From contig MNCI01001153.1 in NCBI GenBank assembly GCA_015680685.1, positions 751,160 to 815,159 on the forward strand: 64,000 nucleotides of DNA, in the 5' to 3' direction. The stretch is from Gnetum montanum. Its lineage: Eukaryota; Plantae; Gnetophyta. This document shows, piece by piece, positions 13,700 to 27,354 of the stretch. A program made the translations under genes and the position numbers. The notes beneath the pieces are model-generated. The model ran no database searches and was not told the DNA's origin. It was given only the letters and a program-made list of their open reading frames with translations. How positions within the stretch are numbered: the stretch's first letter is position 1; every line of letters begins with the position of its first letter.

Positions 13700-16600
13700 A
13701 CTCCATGTTAAGTGTAATATGAATTTATGTACAAGTGGTTGATAGGATTGACAAACTCATTGCCATATAAATTATCAAGCTTGAAGGCTTCATTTTCATA
13801 TGCCTTAGTGACCAAGAAAGGCCCTTCTTAGTTAGCTAAGAAATTGTTCACGGGCTCGCAAATAGCCTTGAGAACTAGGTTCCCTTTCTTGATTGGGCAC
13901 TGGTGTAGATTGTGGTGATGCTTTTTCCATTGCTTCTCTTGGTACCACTTGATGCAACCAAGCATTTGGATGCACTCTTCCTTTGTAGAGTCAAGATCAA
14001 TGGTTCTCGACTCATTTTTTTGAGCCTCATCCATGAAGTTTGAGAGGATCATGTGAAGTAATGGAACTTTTAATTCAAGAGGAAACATTGCTTTAGATCC
14101 ATATACAAGACTATATGGTGTTTTACCTATTTCAGTTCTACATGTTATGTGGTAGGCGCAAAGTGCATAGATGAGTTATTCATGCCATCATTGCTTGCTA
14201 TTGCTAAGTGTCTTCTTTAGAAGGTTGATGATGACCTTATTTGTAGCCTCTACTTAGCCATTTTCCTGAGGGTAGTACAATGATGAAAAGGAGTGTTTAA
14301 TGTTGAGGTTTTCATAGAAGGCTTTGGTTTTTGTACTACTAAATCATGACCTGTTGTCTGTGACTATAGTCATGGGGAGACTAAATCAGTTCACTATATT
14401 ATCAAGAATAAATTTGCAAACTTTCTAAGATGTTTTCTTCCTAAGGGGGATAGCTTCTACCTACTTTGTGAAATACTCAATTATGATAATAATGAAGTTG
14501 TGTCCTATGAAAGAATTAGGCGCTATAGGTCCTATGATGTCCAACCCCCAACATTGAAATGGATATGTGATTTGTGTAGTATGTAGTTCGGTCAGTGGCA
14601 TATGTATGAGATTCCCATGCCACTAACACACATTTCATGCCTTGACCATGGAGACATAATCATGCTCCATATAAGGCTAGTAGTAGCCTAGACGCCATTA
14701 CCCTAGTAGCTATATGCCCCTCACATAGTCCTTCATGTACTTGGTCAACAATCTTTTGTGCTTCATTGTTGCTAACACAAGTTAACAATATCCCAACATA
14801 AGGTCTATAACATAAGGTACTGTCACCTATGAGGACATACTACTGCAATTATTTTCACACTATGTCCTTTTGGGTAGGTGCTAAGTTTTATGGGGTTTCC
14901 CCCTATTAGAGGTATGCTTTGATGTTGTCATACCATTCCTAGGCATGAAGTGTACTTATGGATGCAATACTTGGTGTGTGGATTATAGGTTCAATGCAAT
15001 CCATTATGGAAGCAGGCAAAGTAGAGAACATATTCATTGATACACTTAAGCCTAACGTGGCCACTGCGTTAGCTATGACATTTTTGTTGTAAGGAACATG
15101 TTGGACATCTATGGTTGCAAATTTTTTTAATAAGCACTTTGCAAAATCATATTAAGGTTGTAGGTGTTATTCTTTATAGGCATAAACCTTTGTAACTTGG
15201 TTAATAACTAACTATGAATCACCTCAAATTTCTATATTTCAAATACCTAGCTCCTGAGCTACTAGAATACCTCTAAGGAGACCTTTGTATTCTACTACAT
15301 TGTTTGTACAAAGAAACACAAAGTGGTACACAAAAGGTTGAATCTCTCTAGAGGGAAATCTGATAACAACAGCGGCACTACCAGCTTACGTGGTAAAAGC
15401 ACTATCAAAGTGTAAAATGGCCTCAAATTCTATAGGTACCAGGCTTATACTGCTAACATGCTTGTCTAGGAATTCTAGATCTACTATTGCCTGATCATCT
15501 ATAGGTGAATCTATGAGTTGCATGGGTATTGCTTGACCCTTTGTGGATGACTATGCTATGTAATGTAGGTCAAAGTCTGTGGTTATTACTTTCCATCTAG
15601 TTATTTTGCTACTTTCATATATTTTGGTTCTAATGGCCCTAAGTATGTTAGTCTTGCAAATTATGTTGACTTGACTATGGAAGAGGTAGTGCCTCCATTT
15701 TTTATACACAAAACCAAGGAAAGATAGTTTTTCTCCACATCGTTGTATTTTTCCTTGTGCACTATTATTGCATGACTTAAGTAGTTAACAGAAATCTCAA
15801 AAACATCATCTCTCTTTTGACAAAGTAGAGAAACAATGGATGTGTTTGAGGTTGCGAGGTAGATGTAGAAAGGCTTATCTCTTTGTGGAGGATAGATAGT
15901 TGGGAGATGAACTAGCTCCTTATTCAGGTTGTCGAATGCTTCTTGGCATTGATTTGTCCACTCAAAGTTGACTCCTTTTTTGAGTAGGTGTTGCATTGAG
16001 AGTAACTTATTAGTTAACTTGGTAATAAATCTATTTATAAATTATATTCTACCTTGTAATCTGCATAACTCCTGAAGGTTTGCTGGTGGTGCTGAGTTGA
16101 TAATAGCCTTGACCTTATCGGGATCTACGTGTATTCCTATTTCTAATACTACAAAGCCTAACGCACAACTAGTTTTAATGTTGAAGACACACATTTTGGG
16201 ATTAAGGCAAAGGTCATGCCTATGGCAACATTGAAGGACAAGGTTCAAGTCATTTGTGTGGTCATGAGCCTTCTTGGACTTAACCATTATATTATCAACA
16301 TAGTCATTTAGCTATTTTAGAATATATTCATTAAGATGTAGGTCATTACATGTTGGTATCTTGCTCCAGTGTTTTTTAGTCCAAAGGGCATCATTGTATA
16401 GCAAAATTCCCCTAAGGGGTCATGAAGGTAGTAGTAAGTTGATGTTCTAGTTTTATACAAATTTGGTTGTACCTTGAGAACCCATCCATGAAGGATAACA
16501 AGCCATGACCGGTCATAGTATCGACAAGTTAGTCAATACTAAGAAATGGTAAATCATCTTTGATGGTTACCTTGTTTAAGTCTCAAGAGTCTATGAAAAT

Positions 16601-17149
16601 GCATATACCCCTAGTTTTCTTAGAGACAATCATGATGTTTGATAATCAACTGCCTAGATGAACCTAGCTTGGTAGAGTTTAATTATTTCTTCATAGATGG
16701 CTAATGCGATTTCTGGCTTGATTTTATGAGCTTTTTGTTTGAATGGCTTGACACATGGATCTAAGATAATGTTGTGTTGTATTATGTGTGGGTCTAAGCC
16801 CAACATATCTTCATAAGACTATGCAAATACCTTTACATTGTTGTTAAGAACTCTAGAGATACTTTGCTAGATTTATGGCTCCAGTAAAGAGCTAAGCTTC
16901 AAAGTTATTACCTCACCTTTACATGTTGTTGTGGCGGTTTCTATGAGTGGATCCTAAGTTACATCACCAGCTTCTAAATATAAAGCTTGGACTAGATGTT
17001 TTGGCTGGTCTAGTGATGTTTCTAATGATGCTATGTTGGTATCACAAAGAGGTGGTTCAAATTCCAACATCTCATGAGTTTGCCATGGGTTCCATTTGAG
17101 GTTAAAGATGAATGAAGATTCTTGTGTGTGCTCATTTTCCCAAACAATC
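13700..17149 (-). pseudogene. Tat/Ogre pol: RT, RNase H, additional RNase H, integrase (degenerate)
   Basis: ORF remnants IHVDPDKVKAI, FYIYLATS..NYLSH and MFPLEL..KKGNLVLK. aRH FVCTNNVVEY at ~15290-15320. Integrase YYPQ.NG..VEATNK at ~14235-14280. Confidence 0.85.
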
Positions 17150-17559
17150 CTACAAAATAACTAGAAAAATATGAAGTGGTACCTTTCTAATAAAGAAAAA
17201 TGAAGAAAAGTGCATAAAATCAGGAAAATAATGCTATAAAAAGTAACTATGCAGTATCTCAAAATTGCCAGTTTAAGGTCTTAGCGGACCATGACTATGC
17301 ATAAAGTATAAGGCTAAGCTAAAGTTGAAAGGCTTGAAGTGTGGTGCTAAACTAAATGTTCATTGGACAAGTAGAAAAAATGTAAAAAAAACTACAAAAT
17401 GTGAAAAGCCAAAAAAGTTGAAAATTTTTTCTAACTCCGTGTGTAATGCTACATAGGACACGGGATGTTCTACATTACGTGCAAAACACAAAGCATCTCA
17501 CGTTACATGTGGAACACAGGATGTCCTGGAAAAGTGACATGTCATGTGACCTTGGAGGG

Positions 17560-20500
17560 TATAAATAGGGGTTTACCCATGGTAAACCTATCACTTTCAC
17601 TATCAGAGCTAATAGTTCAAAGCATAGTGCAATTTGAAGTAGAGCATAACAACTACAAAGCATGATAATCGACAAGCCAGAGCTTGACAATGAAATAAAG
17701 GTGTGTAGAAGCAAGTGTAGATACCTTGGCCTTGCTAATGTGGATGAAGGTGAGCATCCCCTATGATATCTTCCTAGGGCATGTGTTCAAGAGTGTCAGG
17801 AAGAACCGTCTACTAGGTAAGCCATCATGCTTCCTTCGTTAATTTTTTCATTTTTTTCCTGTTATGTGTTTATGCCTTGGGGTTTTGGGGGCACCCTTCC
17901 CTAAGCAAGTATTGTTGTTGTCACTACCCCAACCATGGTTAGTGTGCTATGGCTGCTATAGCCATTGTGCCTTTGCTGCCACCCTTGTCATGGCCACTAT
18001 CGCCACCGTGGCTAGGAATGGCATGGGCATCATAGATTGCATGTTTCCATTTTTGTTGTTTTCTTAAAGGGTTTGTATGACATTCTAGGTTGTGGCAGTA
18101 GGCAAGGATTTCATCACAGGCCTTTGGGTGTTGGATGAAGTAAGGTAAGCTAAGGGTTCTATTTCATGCCATGTAGTAGTACAGAATGGGGATTTTACAT
18201 GTCCCATTTAGTGTAGTGCATGGGAGAGGGTTTTGGTACTTCATGTTCCATGTTGTGCGATAGGGGTTTCTTGTGTGTTTCATGTGGTGGAACAAGGTAA
18301 GGGTTTCGTAAGTATCCTACATTAGCTTTCAGGCTCTATGGCATCCCTGATAGCGTAACTACCAAGTTGAAAATATGTGCATTCATCCATTGCTATGCTC
18401 CCTAGGAGCATGACTAAGACTTTGTACATTTTCTTCAAATTTTTTCCATTTATGTATACTTTCTACACTGCATGGGAGTATGTATAGTTACTGCACTACA
18501 TGGGAGGTATAGTTGCTATGTTGTATGGAAGTATGTATAGTTGGAAAAATTTCACTCTACAAACTCTTCCCAAAATGTCATACTCCATAGGAGTGTGGTG
18601 AACAATTAGAAAAATTTCATTTGACTACTTGTCCTACAGTTGTTACCCTCCATGGGAGCATGATGAACACTTTGAAAAATTTTATTAGAAAATTGTTATG
18701 CTCTACAGGAGCGTAACTAATACTTAGAAAATTTTTCAAATTTTTTTTGGCACATTTTGTCCACTATTTTTGTTGTTTTATTACCATTATTATGCACTAA
18801 CATTTTCATTGTGACAATGTAGGGTTATGCTAAAACTGGTTCTCATTGTGGTTGAGCTTGTAGGGATATTGTGCTATATAAGCATCCCCATGTCCAATGT
18901 CCTTGCACCACATGCATGAGTAGGAGGCCAGGAAATCTAGTTTTGATAGGGGTCAAAAGAATTCTTGGAATTCCTACTTTATCACTTTAGCATAATGATG
19001 TGGTCACACTTGTATCCTAAAGCAACAAGTGTTCTAGTTGAGACATTATTGCTTGGGGTAAATCAAGGCATTTTAAAATTCATGATGAATGGACCTGCTA
19101 AGGGCAAAGGGGCATGGGGCTCAAGTCAATGTCTAAAAGGCTTAAGACCCTTATCTTGGATCTAGGAAATGCCAGAGCTTAAGTGCTACCATAAATATAA
19201 TACTTTATTCGTTACTCACCATGTGGGTATGGCCTTCTAAAATACACCTAGAACCATATACTATGTTAGGGGGTAAGTGTTATTGGGATGATAGAAATTT
19301 TATTTTGTTTGCTTTGTATATCTTGAAGTGTTTATTGTCGTTTTATCTATTGTTAGATTCTTGAATGATAATGACGGTCTTCACGATAGAGAAGGGGCAT
19401 TAGCCCTAACCCAGACAACACTATGAGAGTTCTCATCCACTGAGAATATGTGCAATGGCATCATAGAATAACTTGGGATAGATATGAGAACTTACCCAAC
19501 CAAGTACTCCAAACCCTATGTGAAGTTTTGGGATTTTAGGTGGTTAGATGGTGAGTGGGCATCTTGCCGGATACCTACTGTGGAAGAAGTGTCAGTAAAA
19601 ATACCACCATTTCCCACACCATTCATGCTAGGTGAGTTATATTATTTTTTATTTTCATGCATTTTTTCTAACTACTTTTCCATTACATGGATGATTCTAC
19701 TTTTTTTTATTGTAGTAGCAATCAAGTCCAAGGAAGTCACAGTGATCATCTCAAGGTACATTAAGACTAACCTTCTTTTTAAATATGGCAAGGTTGATGA
19801 TTCATAGTGTTGGTAATGTCATGAGGCCCTAGCAACAATTACCCAAAATGTTCAAGAGGCTGGGCTTATGAACCTCTTTTTGGTTGTCAACCCAAGCATC
19901 CCAAAAGTAGAAATAATTTCCCATGTTAACTCCTTTATAGAAAGAATTGACCACTTTCACATGCAAGTTCATAACATGCAGGTGGTCTTTGAGATCACTG
20001 ATGATCTCTTTTTACATCTCTTTGGTGTCCCCTCTGCTAGTTTACTTATGGATGAAAAAATAGTAAGTATCTAAACCACTGAGGGAACATTGAAGAATGG
20101 TTGGGCACTGATAAAGATTGCAAGGGAATTTACATGAAAAAAGTCAAATTGATGGTAGCCCAACACATTTATCCCATCTTCCAAGCTTGCGCTTTTCCCA
20201 AGCTACTTTCCCAAGGAAACGTTCTTGGGTTAGAGCAAGCTTGGATCATGAGGGATGTAATGGAGAAGGGAACACAATACAACTAGGCCACATATCTTGT
20301 TGAAGGATTATGGGCTGAAATGATCAAACTGTGTAGTAAACTTGAGGCACCTTCTCATGTTCACTTTGCATTTTTTATAGCATGCTTGCATAGGTTCACA
20401 AAATTTATGGTTGTTCATGAAAATGGGATATGGGTGGTGCAAGATCACATCCAAATATCGAAGCCATGGATCTACCATATATTCTACACAACTTGGTCAT

Positions 20501-22564
20501 AGGACCATCTAGAGACCACTAGTGAGTCTTTTTCAATGACCACCAAGGACCAGGTGGGCCTGTCCTACCGCATGCATGATAGTCTTGCAGAGGCTCCTCC
20601 CATCAACATGGGCAATGTAGTGAGAGGGGTAAATCTCATTGCTAATATGGTAAAATCAGAATTTCAAATCAAAAATCCTCATCTCACAAAGGTACCCTCA
20701 TGCACAATTGAAGAAAGGGGTAAGAGGTTATGCATCAGAGTCCTCAATGTTTGGTTTGAATGTTTTGGTAAGTATGCCTCAATTAGCATATTTTTTGCTT
20801 CTTTTCTCTTTTTTTCTTTTTACCTATATATGTTAATACAAGTTCTCTAACCTTACCTTATGCATCATAGGTAAGGAGGAGGCCCCTACCATAAAAGAAG
20901 AGGCCCCTGCTACAGAAGAGGAGGCCTTAGTAGAAGAGGAGCCTTTTGTAGAAAGTATTCCATAGCTTGAGGGACATATTATAACTAAATATGTTGTTGC
21001 ACTCCTAAGGTAGCTCAAGGAAGAGGGGCTGCATTTTGAGGATGGTGAGTTTGATGGTTTGTTTGACAATGTGCAGATGGGCAATCCCTCCACTCTTACC
21101 CTTGAGGATTTTCTAGGTAGGAGCTTTGCATTGCCATTTACATTACACTCTTGCTTCCCTCTTTCCTCTCATCCTCTTCTCTTTTCTTTTTGTTTTTTTT
21201 CCCTTCTTTTTTTTCATAATGCTAATATGCTTTATCATGCAGTGAGTGATACTTATGCTAAATGCCTTAAATCATTGTCCATTTTCTACTTACAACTATG
21301 GGTAGAACCCTAGACAAGTTTGCTTTTATGCAGGGCATAGTGGATGATATGGTGAATCATCTAAAGCAAATAGATCTTGAGATAGGTATATTTGGGTCAT
21401 TGTGTTTTTTTTTTCTTGTGTTTTTTCATTTTTGTATTATAACTAACATTTCCTCTCTTCGATGTAATAGCGTCATGACTTAAATGGGACACAAGAAGGG
21501 AAATCAAAGTTGAAGCCATGCCTGAGCTCCCTCCTAAGGTAGCAGAGATGCCTTGTCATATATATGACAAGGCAAGAAAATGCACACTACACTCAACATG
21601 ATCATTTTTGGAGTGTAGGTGTGTAAATGAGGACCTATGAAAGTGAGTTCAAAAACTTGAAAAAGAAAAAGCAAGCCAGGTAGCTCGATTGGAGGACTTA
21701 CAAATGTGGTATGAATTTTTAATTGCCTATGATAAATTAGACTATAGCTGGCGCACGGCCGTGATTGATTATGCTAGATATTGGTTGACTGTGAGGGGCA
21801 AGAATGAAGCTACACATGAGGTAATCAAGCAATGCCTATAGATGGATCTCTTGGCCCAAAAGAATCAAGATTGAAAAGATTCCAGTGCTAAGATATATGA
21901 ATGGGGGCAAGCGCAAAATAATCACAAGCATTAGTACAAAATGGAATGTGTTGCCTACCACAAAAATTACAAAAATGATTTTGTAGAATGTTGAGGTTGT
22001 GAACTATTCCTTGACACAATTGGTGCTACCCAAGATTGTGATAGATTTGCAAAGCACCTAGTGGTTAGTGAGTCCCCAAAGAGGAAAATGACCATGCCTT
22101 CTAGGGAAGGCACATCTACTATGTTTTCTCGAGGGCCACCCCTATGGATAGCCATGGAGAAAGGAAAGATCCTAGCAACCATTTACTTAGTAGAGGAAGA
22201 CTGGGCAAATATGATAGAGGAGGAAATCCTCCAGTGCTTGGAGTCTTGCCTCAACAAAATGTTGCTAGACATGGATGCAAGCCCATCTCAAGTTGGTTAA
22301 GTTTACTTTATTACAATTTATTTCATGATATCTTCATATGTTATCCTACTTACTAATTGGTTTATTGTTTTGTCTTTAGTCTTTATAGGATCTAGATGGA
22401 GATGTAGGACCTAGCAGAGTAGTGGATAAAGATAGGGGAGAGGAGCCATAGTCTATACACTAATGTTTTAAAATGTTTGAAATGTAACCCCATTGTTGGA
22501 CAATTTTGTAACTTTGAAAGTGGATGTAATCTTGGACTATGTATTTCATTTACAATTTAATAAA
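17560..22564 (+). pseudogene. Antisense multi-exon gene (~8 exons) of unknown function inside the Tat/Ogre element
   Basis: TATAAATA at 17560. GT..AG introns with T-rich tracts at 17817-18822, 19273-19356, 19632-19715, 20768-20870, 21117-21242, 21386-21470 and 22296-22388. AATAAA at 22559. Plus-strand ORF fragments cluster in the exons. Confidence 0.6.
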
Positions 22565-22629
22565 AAATCATGATACTTATTTTATTTCTTTTACTTAGTG
22601 TTTTTGTTAATGTAATTAGGCCCCTTGTA

Positions 22630-22862
22630 TGCCCCATGTGATAGTTTAAGGTCATTTTAGGCCATGGATAGTTTAAGGCTATTTAGGGCCATGCTATAGT
22701 TTAAGGACATTTCAGGCCATGGCTAGTTTAAGGCCATTTTGGGCCATGCTATAGTTTGAGGCTGTTTTGGGCCATGGGTAGCTATAAAAGAGAGTGGGTT
22801 GCTAGTTTTAGGTCTTAGCGGGTCATGCAATAGTTTAAGGTGATTCTGGGCCATGTGATAGT
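22630..22862. repeat. Tandem repeats (~26-35 bp, GCTATAGTTTAAGGCCATTTTGGGCCAT-like)
   Basis: Six to seven visible copies; core shared with 13340-13665 and 17270-17320. Confidence 0.8.
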
Positions 22863-22979
22863 TACAAAGCATAACTAATGTAGAAAGCAAACATAATGCA
22901 AAATCAAAACTATACAAACAAAAGTACTAAAGACAAATGAACTAAAAGAGTAAATTAGGAACATGCCCTAATCACATAC

Positions 22980-25900
22980 ATGTTTCCTAACTTGATGTGG
23001 GTTAGGTGATGTGTATGGCTTGGAAGACGTGAGGCAATACTCTTCTAGGTTGTCATTAGCTATTGAAAAAGGCAACTATGCCCATATAGTTTCTTCATGT
23101 AGATCATTAGTTTTGCTTGTTTCACTTTTCAAACAACATTGGATTTTATTGTAAACATGTGATGCATCTTTAGAGACTTCTATCTCTAACCCTTGCTCTG
23201 TGTCTATATTGTTGATACCTCAAGGGACTATGTCGTTAGCAAAGATCACCACTTCTCCATGTGCATAGTGTAGGTGGATCTCTTGGTGGATTGGTGAAGA
23301 GCAACCCTAATCAGGCTAACCAAGATCTTCCTAAGATTAAATTGAACCTAGGCATATCCTCTACCACAATGAATTCTACATTAGTGGGGAATTGATCCCC
23401 TACCATGAAATCAATAGTGACAGTTCCCTTGACCATGACACGTGCCACATTGAATGACTTACAATAAGAAGTTGTTGTGGGCTTGATTTGACCCACTAGG
23501 CCTAGCTTGTCGAAAACAAGGAATAGGATTACATTGGTTGTGGCCCCATCATCAACGTGCATACTAAGAATCCTATATTGACCTACACGAAATTATTATG
23601 AACATAGGGGCAATGGTTACTTGACCCATTTCAAGATTGGCTTTAATGGCTTCATCATGAAAAGTTAAGAGGTTTGACTATGGTTCTTCAATTGTAGGTG
23701 GAAGCATGATGGCATGAATGGCTCTTTCCTCTACTATCATATCTTCCTTAACAAGAATGGATGCCAACATGTGGATCCAAGCCTCATGATGTGCAGAAGA
23801 AGTCATTATTAAATCATATAAGCTTAAAGTTGTATTTATTTTTTTAAAATCTTGTCTAACCTATGTAAGTGCATCTAGGAAATCTTGTCCACTATCTAGT
23901 TTTTTGGTGGTTTTTATTTCCTCCGTATGCCCTAAGATATGAATTCCCTAAGGAGGAGAGGACTTAGATTTTGATTGGGAAATAGGCTTCTAGGCTTTGG
24001 TAGTTGCTTGTTGTAAGTGCATTTCCATCTTATCTTCAAGTGGTGGCACCATGGGAACCATTGACAAGGGGGTGGGCTTAGGGGGGCCTAGTGTAGTGTG
24101 TTCCCTAATCATCTTGTTAGCTAGGTGCTCATCATGTTTCCTTAGGTGAGAAGGTTATGATGTAGTTCCAACCACTAGACTCTGGGCAGATAAGGGGTTT
24201 GTATGTTTTGGCATCCTTTCAACAAAAGATGCTTAGGTTGTTGTTGCAACATGCTATGGGTCCTTGACCACAAAAGTTGTTGTAAGTGCTCGTGATGGTA
24301 CCTTGATGACAAAGGGGGCCTATGGCCTAGTTGACATTGAAGCTTCAACACCATGGGAAGGCACATGAACCATAAATAACTCATGTGTTGACTCTATGTT
24401 GTCATCAATGCTAATAGCATTAATGGTATATCCTACACTGTTAACATTCAATGGGTCCTTATAGACATTCATAGATTGGTTCTCTATCTGAATAGGACTA
24501 TTTTCATCAAGGACTAGCTTACCTTGATCAATCGTGCATTGGATGTCATCTTTCAATGATAAACAATAATCCATGTCATGACCACACAACTAGTGATAAT
24601 TGCAAAATTGATACAACCTAAAATTTTTGGGTACTTGAGGCTCATTGGGCATGGTTACAAAGGGTTCTTGGAGGATCTCACAATACTTCTCATGATGTTT
24701 GTGGGCATCTTTTAACATTTACATATGTTGAATGCGCCTAGCACTCAGTAGTTGATCCAAAAGTTCTGATGGCTTATTCAACAAAGGGGTATATTTTGAG
24801 TGATCCTTGTACTCAAAGTTTAATCTTGGAAAAGCTTGCATTGTGGCTATTGTTGATGTGGGTTGGTTGATTCCTACATTGCTAAAGTTGGATGTTTTGT
24901 TGGCAGTGATTAGGGCCTTAGGTGCCTTAGACACTTACTTGTTGTTGTTGGTCTTGGCTTCACTAGCCATAGTTTCCATAGTAGTTATCATGGCTTTCCC
25001 TTTTTCTTTATCTTTCTTTACATGTGTGTTCTTGTAAGCTATGTAAGACAAGTCTTTGCTAGCCTCTACTACATCTTGTATGCTCTTTGTTTGAGCAAAG
25101 TCTTGGCTAAGGAAGCATGAGGCTAAATAATATAGGTTAAATGTAATGAAATTGTTTACAGTGCCCTTAAAAATGGCCACTAAATGGGATTCAGCAATTG
25201 GCTCACAAATCTCATTTAAGGTAACACTCCAACATTATATGAATTTCTACATGGGTTCTAATGATTCTTATTTAACATTCATGAGCTAGTCTAGAGTGAC
25301 TTCTAGCTTCAAGTTGTACTTGAAGTGAGTTACAAACTAACTTAGCAACTCCTCTAGAGTTGAAATGGAAGTGTGAGGAAGCACACGATACCAATCTAAG
25401 GATTTGCTAGTCAGGGACATGGAAAAGAAATGAATGACTACATGTGGCAATGGTTGTAGTAACAAAGACTCAGAATGAAAAGTGACTAGGTAAGCATTTG
25501 AATCACCTTCTCCATTATATTTCATATATTGGGAAAGCTAGATTCTAGGAGGCAACATGAGCAGAGGAATGACGGGGCTAATAGGATCATCTTGCTAGAA
25601 TTCCATTACATGGACTATTTCAAAGTTGGAGGCTTTAAGCCACTTAACCTCATTAGTCAAGGTTTGGATGAGCTGGAATGCTTGATCTAAGCTCAAGGAT
25701 GTTGCAGAAGGTTGTATTAGTTGTACCATTGTTGGTGCCATTAGAGTAGCTACCATGGATGGTGCTGTTGGTGCAACTACTAGTCGTGTTGGGGGTGCTA
25801 TCAGAGTAGCTCCCATTGGTGGTGTTGTCTGAGTGGCCCACAACCCTGTGGGTGGTCCTACCAAAGCGACTACCATTGCTGGTGGGGTTTGAGTGGCCCC

Positions 25901-26450
25901 TAGCCTCGTAGGTGGTGCTACTAGAGTAGCTACCATTGGTGGTGCTATGGCAACGATTACCTTCCCTGATATTGTTGGAGTAGCCCATAGCCCTATAGTT
26001 GGTTGTGCCATATGTGAAGCTTGATATGTTTGCAGTTGCATATACTATGGCATCTGAGACAATTGAGCAGTAGGAAAAGGCATCACTGCCCACCACATAG
26101 TTGAAGTTGGAACTACTATTGGTGTTGGGATTAACATAGAATAGGTAATGGAAATAGGCCTTGTTTGTGGCTACGATGTGGGCATAGTATGCACATATGG
26201 AAATGTGAGCATCACAGACATTGGCTATGAAAATTGAATAGACTACGAAGGAAAAATAAAGGGAAAGGAGGCCAAAGGCCCTACATGCTATTGCTTTGAT
26301 AGAATTTGATGGCTACCTACCACAAAGAAAGGTTTGGAGTATAGAACTATCGTAGCCATCACAAAGGAGGTAGAAGACTATGACTGGTGTGAAAGGAACA
26401 TAGAGGTAGACTATGAGGCTAAGGCATAGAGTGGGCCACCACCTTCGAAA
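22980..26450 (-). pseudogene. Tat/Ogre gag-protease (degenerate)
   Basis: Gag core KYNGEGDSNAYL..FFSMSLTSKSLDWY; zinc-knuckle remnant GHDMDYC; protease VDDGATTNVI..FNLILGRSWL (23311-23562). Confidence 0.8.
25730..26000 (-). repeat. 60-bp coding tandem repeat (Pro/Thr/Ala-rich 20-mer) in the gag N-terminal region
   Basis: About 4.5 copies translating as PPMVATLVAPPTRLGATQT-like repeats. Confidence 0.8.
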
Positions 26451-27331
26451 TGATATTCAAAATCCTCTTACCCATCTTGGAGGGGCTCACCATAGTGGGA
26501 CAATTTGTCTAACTCTTTTAACCCACTCATTTAAATATGTTGGTCCAAGATCGATTGCAAAGTTTCAATGAGCAATATAACTACATTAGGGATGAGAAGG
26601 AACTCCCTTCAATTTTGATGAATAATTTCAAAGTTACAATTTTATTCTATTTCTTGGTAGTCCAAAAATATGCCTGCCTAAACCTTTATGTATTAAAAGT
26701 TGTATCATTCCTCATCAAGCATTGTGTGTTTAGCAGATTGGTGCCATAGTCTAAGAGACTACTATTGTAGGTGTACTAGGCTTAGTGGCTACTCAATGTC
26801 CACCGTATGTTGTAGGGGATGAGTTATCTCCAAGCTCAAGGTTGTAGCTAAGGCACCAAGTGGGTTAATTTTCACTATGTCAAAAAAGATGTGAGAATAA
26901 ATCAAACTTGTAACAAATGGTCGAATACAATAAATATTGAGCTAAAATGATTAAGTAGGTAAGTTGTACAGAAAATAGGCCAAAAATGGCTAAGTTTGAA
27001 AATTCTGAAAAAATAATAGTCTATGTTGTTACGCTTGTCACGCTCTATGGTATTTTCATGCTGATAGGGTTGACATGCTCTACATAACACTTAGAGCTTG
27101 ACGCAGTGAACAATTTTGGACTTTCTATCCTATAGGATTCCAAAGGAACCATCAACTGAGACCAATCTACACCAACCAAAGTGTGGATGACTCCTGTGCT
27201 AGCCTATGATCCAGCTACTACCATGGTAGGTCCATAGGGATGTTATGTCTATGCTAGCTTTCCATTAGTGATGGGGGTACAAAAAGTATGTGGGACTACA
27301 AATGGCACATAGAAGGAACACAGAGGTTTAG

Positions 27332-27349
27332 GCCCTTCTTCTATCACCA
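27332..27349 (-). promoter_or_regulatory. Primer-binding site of the Tat/Ogre element (tRNA not assigned)
   Basis: Minus-strand TGGTGATAGAAGAAGGGC, 5 nt after the end of the 5' LTR. Confidence 0.55.
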
Positions 27350-27354
27350 AAAAT

